NCBI RefSeq assembly: GCF_963921235.1
Contig: NC_086097.1
Span: forward strand, 91,328,001 to 91,392,000
Length of the DNA stretch: 64,000 nt
DNA from: Mobula hypostoma
Taxonomy: Eukaryota
Direction of reading: 5' to 3'
Shown here: positions 26,817 through 40,470 of the stretch, in pieces
How the letters are laid out: each line of letters starts with the position of its first letter
Position numbering within the stretch: position 1 is the first letter of the stretch
Position numbers and translations under genes: made by a program
Notes under the pieces: model-generated
The model's input: the letters and a program-made list of their open reading frames with translations, nothing else
Told to the model about the DNA's origin: nothing
The model's database searches: none

Positions 26817-28149
26817 GCAATTGTTCTGTCTGGTTTTGTGATTGATACCTAAAGGCAGACTATCTGATGGTTTTTACATGGCTTTTTGTGCAACTGAGCT
26901 TTAAGTGAATCTTAACTTAGCTGTACGATGATATTTGTTTACTTCTTCTGATATAAAAAGCCTTTGGGATGTCCTTTGTGAAAGACACCTCGTAAACACA
27001 ATGTCCTTTCACTCTGTTCACATTCTATTTTTCGTTCCAAACCCTGTACGTGTAGAGTACACATCTAGTGGAAAACAATTCTTTACCTCTCCTGACATTG
27101 TATGGGTGATGTACATTTGATAACTGGAGAACTGCTAATGCAGAAAGACTAGAGAAGTTGTTATTGTTCTCCTTAAAGAAGAGGTTAAAGGTAGAATGTA
27201 CAAATGAGAGAAGCATAACAAATTGTAGATGCTGAACTTGGACCAGACACAAGATGTTGGATGGACTCATCGGTCAAGCACCACCTATGCAGAGAAATGG
27301 ACAGTGGGTTAATAGTAGATGCTAATTCATACCCTACCTCCCGAGACGGAGAGACTAAGAAACAGGAGAAAAGTGTCATAGATGGACCGTGTGAATTTAT
27401 GTGTGGGGCTTAAGATGGTAGCAAAGTTGGTAAAAATCGATGAGTTCCGCATGAGTGCAGGAGAAGACGTGGCAGCATCAATGCATTTGTCAATGTGGCA
27501 GAAGAAGAGTTAGCGCATGGCTCCCATGAACTGTTCCACATTGACAACAAAAAGTCAGGTATACTCCGCTCATACAAGTGGCCATGGCTACACCTTTGAT
27601 TTGGAGAAAATGGGAGGAACCAAAAGAGAAATTGTTGAAGGAAAGCACGAGCACTACCAGACAAAGGAGGGTGGGTCAAGATGAAGAGTCTTAACTTAAA
27701 ACATCAATCGTCCATTTCCCTCTGTAGATGCTGCCTGACCTATTGAGTTCCTCCAGGTTTTTGTGCAGTTGTGAGTGAATAAATATAAAGAAGCTACTGA
27801 TAACAAAGAGTCTGTAGTTAAAGGATACGGATTTAAGATAAACAGCAAAGAAACATAGAATGCATTTAAAAACAATGCTTTACACAAGTTAAACTACCTG
27901 TTAACATGGCAGTAGCAAGTTAAACACAACTACACTCAAAGGAGAACTGAATTCGAGAGGAAACAGCAGAAAGGTAATGTGAAATGGCTAATCTGTCCCA
28001 TTTTAGCTCATGCTTGTTCCCAGGGGAACAAGTCCGTTAGTTTCATTCACATTTTTTATTTCTATACAGCTCTGTGACATACTCTGTCTCACATACACCT
28101 AGCAATTCCATCTCAATTCTTGTTGTCATTACTCAACACATGGTGTAGT

Positions 28150-28335
28150 TTACCGTCACAAGTTAATCTACCTTTGGCATGCAGGAGGAACCTGAAGCCA
28201 CTGGGGTAAACCTTTGCAGTCACAGGGCGAGAGTGCAAACTCCACACAGACTGTCCCCATGGTCGGGATTGAATCTGGCTGCCTGTTGCAACAGCCAGCA
28301 CTAACTATTACACAGTGTGTCAACCATAGTGTTCT
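28150..28335 (-). mobile_element. tRNA-derived SINE (V-SINE/HE1-like); similar pieces at ~37190-37400 (-), 40810-40980 (+) and 55930-56075 (+)
   Basis: Minus strand has a B-box-like gattcaatcccg followed by gtctgtgtggagtttgcactctc, the V-domain pattern. Confidence 0.65.
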
Positions 28336-31300
28336 GTCAAAGGATTGACACAAGTACATTGAACCAAATTATTCTTCATGCCTATTCTACAAATGATAGA
28401 TGAATTATATTTTCCTTCCTTATAAATTTATGTAGCCTGGGGAAAATTACACACATGCAGGACAAAAAATACTTTATCGGGTCTTTAATTCCTTTATCTG
28501 TTTTAGATGTTTTATTGCAGAAAGAGGGTATCAAAATAAAAACAACAGAATTAATTTTTAAAAAGTTCCCACATTTACAATTTCAGCTTGACTTTGGACC
28601 ACACCTTTGTTATGTATGCAGTATGAAAATAACTAAAACAAAAGATACAAACCAATACGGGGTAATGGCAATTATTTGGCACACACATGCTTAACTTCCA
28701 TACACAAATAGGCTAGATCTTGAAATGAGTTCTCTTCACTCATGCTAGTAGGCCGATTAAGGAACTTCACAATCTCGCTATTCCAATGTCGACCAATTTT
28801 TTCTCGTGAAAATCTTTGCTCACCAAACCTGGGTAATGCATTCAAATGTCGTTCTTTCTAGAACACGGCAACTCTCATACTCCATGCATGCAAAATAACA
28901 TCACCATTTTCTCTTAAGGGCACAGGCAGCTATTTTAGCAATACCAAAGTGAATACATAAGTGCACTTTAACAATAAAAAATCATATTCAACAGTCACCT
29001 GGTTACATAAACCTAGATCTCCATGGTAACACAAGCTTATCACTAGTGCCGCAAAGTCTGACACTAGTTATCAGCAGATTGCTCTTGACACAAAAACAGT
29101 ATAATTCCAAATAAAGGATTTTTTAAATAGTGTATTGTTGGGAACAGTAGATTTGGAGCCACTTGAACAGATAACCAAAATATTGTTGAAAATCAGTGGG
29201 GCTAATGGAAATGTAAATTTCCTGATTTGGATTTTTTTAATATCAGTGGAAAACCTTAATTTAGCACAGGGAAGCAATCCTTAGATTCTCATCAGTGAGG
29301 TCTTGCACCAGTCTGGGCCTTCTATCTCCTACAGTATCAGCATGCAGAGGTGAAAGGGCCAAAGTCTTGTCCACAAAACAGCTGAAACAAACTTTGAACA
29401 TAGAACATACAACATACAACAGTAGAGTTCAATACATGTCCTTCAGCCTACGATATTGTGCCAACCTTCTAAACTACTCTAATATTAATCTAACCCTCCC
29501 CTCCCATATACCTTTCTAAGATTCTCTTAAATGTCCCTAGTGTATCTACATCACCCATGGCAGTGTATTCCATACATGTGAAAAAAGTCTAACTCTGACA
29601 TCACCCCCCTGTACTGTCTTCCAATCACCTTAAAATTATGCCCTCTCGCATCAAATTCAAATACAAGTTTAATTATCATTGAACCATTTATGAATACAGA
29701 TGTCCTTTGGGCTAATTGCAAAACTTTACACAACACATTCAAAATAGCAAGCAAAAAAGCATAGTCACACAAAAAAAACACATATGTAGCGCAAATTGCT
29801 GAGTGATGTGTCCCATTAATTGATGGTGCAGTTCCTGGCAGTGCACAAACATATGCAAAAATCCAACCAGTCATTCTACTGATTGGACATTGGAGGGCAG
29901 CACCCACAAGAGAGGTCAGCCCCCAACCGAGCAGGAAGCCATGCTACACTGCCTCTGGTGGCTCCCCTCCTGGCCTGCAGCAGCAGGCAAGCCCAGGGCT
30001 TGAGGCCTTGTCCTCACTACAACTGAGGCCATGCTACCAAACAAGGGAAATAGGCAAGCAACATCTTACATTATCAATGTCCAACAGGGTCTTGCAATCG
30101 CAAAGGAAGCGTCTCAGGCAATCACCCATGGTTACCCTGCATGCTGCCTTTGCGCACCGGCTCCAATGTCTTCGATGCCTTCCTGTGGCAGGTAGCAACA
30201 TGGTCTGCACCCAGACCAGCACCTCTGCAACAAGCAGTTCACTGATGGGGGTAGACCTGCAGTACCCCGAAGTCCTTGGAGTCCAGCATTGTTTTGTGAT
30301 CATTAAAAAAAAACTTAGAATAAAAAAAAACCTTTGGTAGGCCCCCAAGAGGCCACTGCATTTGAATACGCAGCCATCTTACCAGAAGTCAGACTTTTCT
30401 TATTAGCTGTTTCTGCCCTGGGACAAATTCTCTATCCCCTTTGCCTTTTATTGTCTTGTAAACCTTCCCTCCCACATCTTCGGAAGACAATTAAACCACA
30501 CTGCCAGTTTAGCTAACTGTCAAAAGTATAAAACCATAAACATCCTTAAACTAAAAAGCTATCTGTGCTAATAAAATGTTTTGAAACACTTGATAAGTTT
30601 AAAGATAAAAACGAAGAAAACTAGCAGAATTTTAGCTCTTAAAAACAGAAAAGAAACATTGTACAACATCTAAATAAATTAAAAGTTGTTGCAATACCAG
30701 TACTTGATGCTGTCATTCATAGTTGAAACCGATGGAGACCTTCTTGTACCACTTCCCCAAGCTGGAACATATTCTTTGGACATATCCCCCCATTTTAAGT
30801 AGTGAGGAATATGTTGCAACTTCTTGCTCTTATATTGGTCTCCAGTTCTTGTAACAAGTTGGTAAACACCAATGGTCAACCATTAGAAAAGTTGGGACTC
30901 TCTCTGTGGTACATGAAGGCAGATATTTTAAATGTTCTGCAACCTCCACAGGGAAATTTAGCAGCTGTGCACAATACCACCCCAAATTATGAGCCGAAAG
31001 GCCTTTTTCTGTGCTGTAATTTTCTATGACCCGATGCCTCTAAAATTTCCACCTGCATCACAAGTGAAAGAATATATAAAGGCAAGTCATTCAGCTAAAA
31101 ATACTCAAAGCATTGGTCAGACCTCATTTGGAGTACTGAGTACAGTTTTAGCCAGTACAAGTCATAAAGTAGCTCATGGCATTAGAAATACATTCACTAG
31201 AACTGTGATGCACTACATACAGAGAACAGATCAAAATGGCCAGTTGGTAGAAAATATGTGGATATAATTGTCCACCAGCTGGAAGTTTACTCTTTCTTTA

Positions 31301-31453
31301 CTGTGGTCTACTGTTTTGAGTTTAATTAACTTCTACTAAGAGCTCAGTATGTATTTATTGGTCTCAAGCCCTTCCATCAATTCATATCTAAACATGTTGG
31401 ACTACATTAAGAAAATCTGCCTGATGAAAACTGAAAACATTGAAATATTCAGC

Positions 31454-31683
31454 CACACCCACAAAATGCTGGAGGAAATCAGCAGGCCAGGCAGCATCTA
31501 TGGAAAGGAGTAAACAGTCGACGTTTCCGGCCGAGACCCTTCATGAATGCTGATGAAGGGCCTCAGTCCAAAACGTCAACTATTTACTCTTTTCCATAGA
31601 TGCTGCCTGGCCTGCTGAGTTCCTCCAGCATTTTGTGTGAGTTGCTTGAATGTCCAGGATCTGCAGATTTTCTCTTGCTTGTG
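31454..31683. mobile_element. 230-bp fold-back Penelope pLTR mini-insertion with a 15-bp TSD
   Basis: attgaaata(t/c)tcagc at 31439-31453 and 31684-31698; ~90-bp inverted arms centred at ~31548, with decayed hammerhead halves at the centre. Confidence 0.85.
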
Positions 31684-32934
31684 ATTGAAATACTCAGCAA
31701 GTGAGGCAGTGTCTGTGGAGAGGGAAGCAACATTTCCAGTCCATAGCTTGGTGACTGTAGGGTTGTTTAGCCAGTTATTGAAATGTTCCCATAACCTAAG
31801 GATTCACTTTCAATCTCTCTTCATCTCATGTTCTTGATATTTATTGATTACTTTATTATTGTTATTTATTTCTTTTTTTTTGTTTTTGCACAGTTAGTGT
31901 CTTTTGCACACTGGTTGAATGCCAAAGTTGGTGCAGTTTTCCATTGATTTTATTATGGTTATTATTCTATTATGGATTTATTGAATATGCCTGCAAGAAA
32001 ACAAACCCCAGGGTGGTATATGGTGAAATATGTGTACTTTAATAATAAACTTACTTTTGAATTTTGAAATATTACCTCTGTTTCTACCTTCAAGCTTGGA
32101 CAGAATTTCTAGAATGGTTTGCTTATATTTCAGAATTCAAACACCTACAGTATTTCCTAAGAGTATAAACTGAAAAGACTAAGGCTTGCGTAGAGAGTGC
32201 CATGTGACAGAAATTTTGCAAGTTTAGACCTTTCCGCAGTTTCATTTGTTCTGGTATCCTCCTGGTCAAGTACTCAAATTGTCAAAAATTCAGAAGAAAA
32301 CAAGTTAAGTTAATGTTGGATACCAATTCTGGGGTTGGTAGAGAGTTGAAGTGTTTCATTGTTCAACCTTAATTTACATTCAACTTCAATAATACCATCA
32401 CAACTCCTGAAACATAATTCACTTTAATTACAAACTATTTTTTTTAACAGGAAACAAAAGAAGGTACTTATAAACATTTTTCACTGCACACAAATTATAT
32501 TTGGTAGGTTAATTTGCCACTGTAAATTGTCCCTCGTGTAGGTGAGCGATGAGAATGTGGGGAGAATAAAATACAATCAGTGAGGATTAATGTTAAATAA
32601 TCAGCACTGACAGTGTGCTGAAGGGGCTGTTTCTATTCTCTCTTCATCTATCACACTGCATGCTGGATCTAACAATAAGAAATTAATAAGAAAAGTAATT
32701 TTTCATTGGATTGTTTATATTTCCACAGGAACTGGAGAATGTCAGAATTTCTTTTCCCAATGTTTGATCACAATATATGTGAGACATCAAAAGATGCAAG
32801 TTACTTCTATCTCACAAGAAGAGCTAAATAATGATATGGCACACAGTAAATATTTACACAATAGGATAGCAATGGTTTGACACTTGGGAAGATTTTTAAA
32901 AATAGCAGTAAAAATTTCAAGTTAGTAAGTATCA

Positions 32935-33285
32935 TCATCATCATTATTTGCCATGTCCTGTGTTGTGGGCCCCATGGTTTTCTCGAATATGATGGTTCCT
33001 GACAAATTTTTCTAGGAAGTGGTTTGCCTTTGCTTTTTTCTCGGCAGGGTCTTTACAAGACGGGTGACCCCAGCCATTATCAATACCCTTCAGAGACTGT
33101 CTGCCTGGCGTTAGTGGTCACATAACCAGGACTAGTGATATGCTCATACGACCATCCATCACCTGCTCCTACGGCTTCATGTGACCCTGAACAATGAGGG
33201 GAGTGGCTAAGCAGGTGCTACAGCCTGACCTGCAGGCTAGCAGAGAGAAGGAGCACCTTACTCATCCTTCAGTACAGACGTATCA
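32935..33285 (-). mobile_element. RTE-associated SINE-like repeat
   Basis: (cat)n tail and ggaagtggtttgcctttgc motif typical of RTE/BovB-related short elements. Confidence 0.5.
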
Positions 33286-33289
33286 AAGT

Positions 33290-33640
33290 TACAAAGTTAA
33301 TGTTACAAAGACAAACTAGAGGCCTCCCTGAAGTCGTTTGACATAGACACGACCTCTTGGGAAACGCTGGCACAAAACTACCCTATTGGCGCGGCCTCAT
33401 CCACAAGGGCTGTCAAGCTTATGAAGCAAGACGCATTGCCAAAGCACAACATAAGCACGAGCTGCGCAAGTCCAGACCCACCAGCGCAACAACTGTAGTG
33501 CCTGCACGTCTGCCCAACATGTGCCAGGACATTCTGTGCCCGAATTGACCTGACCAATTATCTTCGGACGCACCGCATCCAGTCTCAAAGTCATTAATGG
33601 TGTTGAGGTCTTCATCGACGACGATGGATGAACCACAATC
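33290..33640 (+). mobile_element. RTE-clade LINE 3' end
   Basis: YKDKLEASLKSFDIDTTSWE..WRGLIHKGCQAYE..ELRKSR, then a C-terminal CxxC..H-like remnant; 3' gtcttcatcgacgacgatggatgaac. Confidence 0.75.
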
Positions 33641-35189
33641 TCCACAGCACCACCCAAGTAGGTAAACACAGCAAAATACTTGTTTTCAGATTATATTTTC
33701 TTAGCAATCCTGGAGAAAGGTGTCAGCCCAAAATATCAACTGTTTATTCATTTCCATAGATGCTGCCTAACCTGCTGGGTTCCTCCAGCATTTTGTGTAT
33801 ATTGCTTAATTTTTTTTGTGGTCAAAGGCCATCTGGCCCATTGATTCTCAGAGGAGCCCCATCCATTATACAAACGTATTTCCCAACTCCAGTTCTCAAT
33901 TTCCACAGTTTGGCTGCACTTAAGAAAGTGGATGTTCTAAAGTCCATGGAGATTACTGATTATTATTACATTTCATAGTTTGTAATTGTTTAAAAATTTG
34001 ATTTCAAGTAAATCGTGTTGTCAAAAATAAATAAAAATCTGTTTCATAATTTATGACACTTTAAATGAGGAAACAATTATTGTTTTGTTGCTTCTCAAAC
34101 AGGAAAATAAACCCAGCTGTTAACAAACATATATAGAACTAAAGCTATCAGCATCTAGTTATGTATGGTCACAATGAAACATCTTTCACATGGGCAGATG
34201 TCCAGGATGATTCAGATTCTTTTTCTGACCATCTCCATTAAAGGTCTGACAAGGATGCTCTGAGGGTTATGTAACAATGAAAGTTTACATGAACCAAGTC
34301 TGCATTCACTAGAATTGCAACGGTTTACTTGAAGTTCTAGGATTTTGAACTTGGAGAGTCTACAACACAGACACACCTTTAAATCAATGGAGTGTTCAGA
34401 AACTCTTCTTTATACAAATTAAAATGCGGCTGTATGCATCTCTGCAGAAAGCTGCTGACTAATTAATGATTTTATCTTTGGGATTCAAGCAAGCAAAGGA
34501 TATAATGAGATAGGAAGCCAAGGCAAGTGTACAGAATTAGGATGAAGATCTGCCATGATCTAGTAGAATTCCAGTATTAACTTCATAGGCTGAATTGCCA
34601 CTTTTTTTTTTTCATTATTGCGTTTTCCATTTGTTCTATTCTATATATTTTCTGTGACATGCATTGGGTCTTTGCTTAAGCACTTTCTAATGGAAGCTGC
34701 AATGGCTATTCTTTTCAATCCCTAGCTTTTGTCTACATAATAATGATTAAATCATAACATTCATGTGCTGTGACAAGCTGTAGAACATTCTAAGAAACTT
34801 ACAAGGTGCTGCCCAATTAGTGCATAAGTCAAATTTCTGGACATGTTTGGAGAGGGATCAAAAGAAGGGAGATGGACCTGTGTTATATAACAAGGTTAAC
34901 ATTTGTAGAATCCAACATTCATTTTCCTAAAACACCTACTTGCTAATCCTTGTGTTCCACGGTCTTTCTCACTGAATGTATATGTACATTGGTGTAACTT
35001 ATACACCATGTCTCACTGTAAAACAGGATTAGCGTAGGTGAATTATAAATTAGTGTTTGAATGTAGTACAGACTCAGTGGGTGAAAGGGTATTTTTCCAT
35101 GTTGTGTAACTCAGTTACTCTAATTCCTTCCTATTTGATCAAATTTTTACTTATCTGCTGCTCTTTGAATCAGAGTCTGAATTCATTCC

Positions 35190-36255
35190 TATCATCCACT
35201 TTGGCATGTCTTTTCCAGGACATCAGAGATGTCTTTTTTCTTCAAAGAACGGATTTCTCTTCCACCACTATTAATGCTGCCCTCATCTGCATCTCCACCA
35301 TTTCCCAGTTCATCCCATCTACCCGCTGCCCTCTCGTACCACCCCATCAGCCTCAAAATCCAACACATTGTTCTTTGCAACACCCACCATCTTCAATGGG
35401 ACCCAACCACAAAACTCATCTTTACTTCTCTCCTGACTCCCTGCTCTCCACATGGATCACTTCCTCTATGATTCCCTTGTCCATTCGTCCCTCGCCACTA
35501 ATCTCCCTCCTGGCACGTATCACTACAACTGACAGAAATGCTATCCCACCCATTGACCCCGACTCAGGGCCAAAAACAGCCCTTCACCCGCAAATCTGTT
35601 GGAGATGTTTATTGCATCTGGGGTGCTCCCAATTTGGTCTCCTCTACAATGGTGAGACCCGATGTAAATTAGGGGATCGCTTTGTCAAATGCCTCCACTC
35701 CATCCACCAAAAGTGGAATTTCCCAGTGGCCAAACATTTTAATTCCAGTCCTCATTCCTGTTCCGAGATGTTGGTCCGTGGTCTTCTCTTCTACAATGAT
35801 GAGGCCACTCTCAGGGTGGAGGAACAACACCTTATATTCCATCTAGGTAGCCTCCAATCTGATGGCATGAATAGTCATTTCTCCTTCTGGTAATTTCTTT
35901 CCTTTTTTTTCTCCTCCCTTTTCCTTCCTCTTCCATTCCCCACTCTAGCCTTTTACCTCTTTTCCTCACCTGCCTCTCACCTCTCCTTTGGGCCCCTCCT
36001 TCCTCCCTTTCTCCCATGGTCCACTCTCCTCTCTTAACAGATTCCTTCTTCTCCAGGCATTTGCTTTTCCCTCCCACCTGACTTCAAGTTTGTCCTCCTT
36101 CCCCTCCCCACCTTTTTTTTTATTTTGGTGTAGTCCCCCTTCCTTTCCAGTCCTGATGAAGGGTCTTGTCCCAAAGTGTCAACTGTTTATCCATTTCCAT
36201 AAATGCTGCCGGACCTGTTGAGTTTCTCCAGCATCTTGAGGGTGTTGCTTGGGAT
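35190..36255 (+). mobile_element. Decayed Penelope-like element (GIY-YIG region plus pLTR with mutated hammerhead at ~36148-36185)
   Basis: LYNGETRCKLGDRF..HFNSSPH..EEQHLIFHLGSLQSDGMN; homologous to 44166-45152. Confidence 0.88.
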
Positions 36256-39200
36256 GCTTTACTGCATAAAAGATGCAATAGAAACACAAGCTGTCACTGT
36301 TGTCTGGCGTTTTAACACTATGAATTTGGAGTGGGTCCTTGAAAGCAGCTCCCCTTGATTCAGGTAGCTTCTTTTAAACTCGAAGAGGTCAGAAGGGAAG
36401 TTCAGAATCAACCAGGAGAGGAGCCTTGCATTAGAGAAGGATAAAGCTAAAATTCCATAGATGGCCTTTTCTTCCAAGCATAGATAATGGAGGAGTAAAA
36501 TAGAATAGAATGGAATGGACTAAGTATATAACTCAGGTCAAAAGCCACAGCTTCTCACAACATCCAAAATTTCCTTCAGTAGAAACAGAGCAGGCTCGAC
36601 ATAATATCTGCATAGTGCAGTCTGTCATGCCCCCAGTAAGAAATTAAAAGAAACCTATGGAAACTCCAAGGCTTCCTGACTTCTTCTTTGTTCCACCTAA
36701 AATGGGACCCATTGATACTTCCCGAATTTTACAATCTGTGATTCCATTTACAAATGGAAGTTGTGTTTTTTCCACAACAGGAAAGAAATATTAATTTTCA
36801 CTCATTCCAGTTTAGGTGCAAAATAAAGCTCCCCTTGATCTTTGATGCCACATAAAATATCTCTTGAGGGGCCCTTCAAGAGAACCCAAATTAATGCTAT
36901 GCCCAGGGGTTGTTGCTATCCACATGAGTGTGAAGGAACTAAAGAAAGATGCCAGAATTCTGAAACAAAAAAAGCAGAAAACATTTGAAATGTTCGGCAG
37001 ATCAGGCAGCAACAGTGCAGAGCTAAGAGTATAGCTTGTGCTAAACCAGGCCTGCCATCCAGATTCACCAGTGGCAGCCTTCACCCGATCGTCACGGTGT
37101 GATACTGCATACAAGAGTCAACGTCGACCATCAACCATCCATTTGCATAAATCTTAACCCACCCCATTTTATTCCACCCACATTCCCGTCACTTCCTTCC
37201 AGGATTACACACTAGAGGCAATTTAAGGCAGACAATTAACCTATTGACTCCTATGTCTTTAGGATGTGGGGAGGAAACTGGATCACCCAGAGGAAACCCA
37301 TGCAGACACAAGTAAAATGTGTAAACTCCACACAGTCAGAACCATAGGTCAGGTCTGGACCCGGGTTGCTGGAGATGTGAGGCAGCAACGCTTCTTGCAT
37401 TCACCTGGAATTGGGTGATGAGGCCCTGGGGGTGGGGGGGGGGGGAAGAATGTCACTGAGGCCCCACCCCACTTCCTGACTACCTTGAATGCAGAGGCAA
37501 GGCTGAGGTAAATGCTTTGCTTTGAGTCAAAGGCTAGAGAGACTTTCAAAGACTTCTCATTTCCAGAGACATTAAAAACCAGAATGAACTATAAATAATT
37601 AAACAGAATTAAAATAATTAAAAATTTATTTTAAAAATAAATCATCAGAACACATTAAAATGCAAGTCAATAAAACTGCTAAATAAAAATGCTTTCCCCA
37701 TTCCCAGGATGAATTTGCCCTGTCCATGCTGACTACACTAATCCCATTTGTCTGCATTAGATCCATGTCCTTCTATTCCTGCATATTCAAGTGCCTATCT
37801 AAATCTCTCTTAAACATAATGATTCCACCAGCTCCTCTGGTAGTGAGTTCCAGAAATTAACTATCCTCTGTGTAAGAAAAAACTTATGCTTCAGATCCCC
37901 TATAAAGCTCCTATTTCTCACCTTAAGCCTATGCTGTCTTGTTTTTTTTATATACCATTGGAAAAATCTACCTCCATCTCACATAATATTATGTACCTCT
38001 GTAAGGTCACCTCACAGCTTTCTTTGCTCCAAGGAAAACAAGCCCAGCCTATCCAAGCTTTTCCAAAAACTAAAATCCTCCAATTCAGGCAGCAACGTAG
38101 TCTCTCCAACTTAACAAATTTCTTCTCATCGTGTGGCAATCAGAACTGCACAGTGTAAAGTTACAGGACATGAAGGCAAGAATGCCATCAATCTTCTTCA
38201 TCGCCTCATCTATCTGTGTGGCCACTTTCATGAAATGATAGACTCGAACCTAAGGTCTGTCTGTTCATCGTCATTCCTTAATGTGTTTCCAGAATGCATC
38301 ATCTTGCACTTGTCGGATTAATTGTCATCTCCATCGTGGGCACAGCTCTCCCTACCATCAAGATGCAGTGCCTCAGAAAGGTACTAAGAACTGTCATTAT
38401 CCAGGAATGTTCTTTTCTCACTACTACCATCAGGGAAGAGATACAGGAGCCTAACGATTCAGGCTGAACAATTCAGAAACACCTTCTTCCCCTCCACCAT
38501 AAAATTTCTGAATGGTCCATGAATCAATTAACTCGACCTCACTATTCTCTTTTTTCCACGAATTATTCATTTTTGTCATTTATAACATGTTTATATATTT
38601 ACATTGTACTGCTGCTGCAAAACAACAAACTTCACATTGTCCCAGTCAGTGATAATAAATCTGACTAATAAACCTGATGTAGATTCTGAAATTCCATCTG
38701 CCAACATTCTGCCCAGCTTCCCCATGACAGGAAAATTGAACAACAAAAAAGCACGGACACACATACTGAACAAAGAGATGATGGGAGTTATTAACTTCGA
38801 TAGTTGAGAAGAGTGAGATACAAGTAGGCAGTTTAAATGGCTTGGCACGGACTAGATGGGCTGAAGGGCCTGTTTCTGTGCTGTATTTCTCTGTCTCTTT
38901 GACTAGCATAATAACATCACCAAGTCTCCACAGAGTGAAACCTGAGTGTAGAGAACACATGTTAAATGCTATGAGTTGAATGTCTTCATCAGATTAATTA
39001 TAGAGGCATAAATCAGACAAACACCTTTTTCTCTTCACCTGCACTGACAATCCACTTGATAATTATTGACAGCTCAATTCAATTAGATGCCAAAAATACT
39101 TTGAGTTCTGGCTGGAGTATTGTAATAAACAATAGTTAGCTTGACCTGGCAGAGACCCACAAATGTTATTCACACAGTCAACAAAGCTAATGTTGCTACC

Positions 39201-39633
39201 TTGATTTACTGGAAACAAAGAGATTATGTAATTACAGGGATTAATATTATGTAAATCATCCTGAATTGTTGCAATTTACATTTGCTAATCCCTCATTTAG
39301 GCAGTCGAACCCCTAGCAATTATCCACTCTCTTATATTTGCCAGGAATCTTTTGCCAGAAGAATATAATTTATGCCTCTATACATTGTGCTGGTATTGTC
39401 CCCATGGTGACTTTTGATCATGTGCAAAGCCATCCCAAGATGTCTCTTCATGCCATGCAACACTTCTTGAGGGGTGGCTCCTCTCAAAAAATGTAGATAT
39501 CTATGATGAAGCACAGCAAAAGGCCCTTTGGCCCATTGATTCTGTACTCACTATCAGACACCCATTTGCAAATAATCCTACACTAATCCCATTTTATTCT
39601 CCCCATAGACCAATCAATCCCTTTCAGACTCTA

Positions 39634-39707
39634 ATCACAAACAGGAGAAAATCTACAGATGCTGGAAATGCAAGCAACACACACAAAATGCAAAATTTTG
39701 TGAGTGT
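39634..39707. mobile_element. 74-bp Penelope pLTR tail insertion with a small internal inversion
   Basis: TSD tccctt(t)(c)agactcta at 39618-39633 and 39708-39722 (one indel); aacacacacaaaat / attttgtgagtgtt hairpin. Confidence 0.75.
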
Positions 39708-39799
39708 TCCCTTTAGACTCTACCATTCGCTTGCAGACGTGGAGCATGTTACATTGGTTAATGTCAATGAGCCAACATAAATTTGTGATTGTGCTTGAG

Positions 39800-40470
39800 G
39801 ATTAAGAACACAAACCTGCCAATGGTCAGACTGGGAAATAGCATTTCCCAGCCTCTTTCTGGGACCTGGACTACATTAGCAGGCATCTCTACAGTCCTGG
39901 AAAATTACCACCAACACTGCCTCCAAAAACCCTCCAATTTCATTGGAAGGATAAGTGAACTCGTATCAATGTCCTCTCCCATGCCAACAACCCTGATATT
40001 AAACTCAAGTTCCAGTCAGATGGCTCTGTTATACAGGCCTTGACCCAAAACCAATACCCTTCTCCAGTTTATATCTTGGAAGGAGATAACTAGGAAACAG
40101 AGGAAAAGATTAAAGGATGCCCTCAAAGAATCCTGGGGAAAAAATGCAGTTTCCCCACTGATTCTTCACCGATTCCACAACAGCCCAAAATAGGTAAGGA
40201 CCATTCAGGGTGGATCTGAGAACTGCAAAGGTGTGCATAAGGATCACAAATGCACCCTGTGTAAGTGGTGAAGGGAATGCACCAGAAACCTTGCAAATTA
40301 CAGGTCTGCCTGGGCCGTCAACCGCTTCCTGCGAAGGGGTCTGCAGCTACTGCACAGTCCCATTCAGCCACAGACCAAGGTGCAAGTAAGTCTACTACAA
40401 TTTTGAGGGAGAAGAGAAGCACCTCCCAAAACTGCAACCTCAACTACTTAGAGATGGAAACGTATGGGTG
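39800..40470 (+). mobile_element. Old RTE-like LINE fragment
   Basis: GKQRKRLKDALKES resembles the RTE C-terminal G.Q.KR.KD.LK motif. Confidence 0.45.

Noticed and set aside
35057..35893. 278-aa ORF as a domesticated GIY-YIG gene
   Set aside because: A mosaic of frames from a decayed PLE with the GIY motif disrupted, embedded in element sequence.
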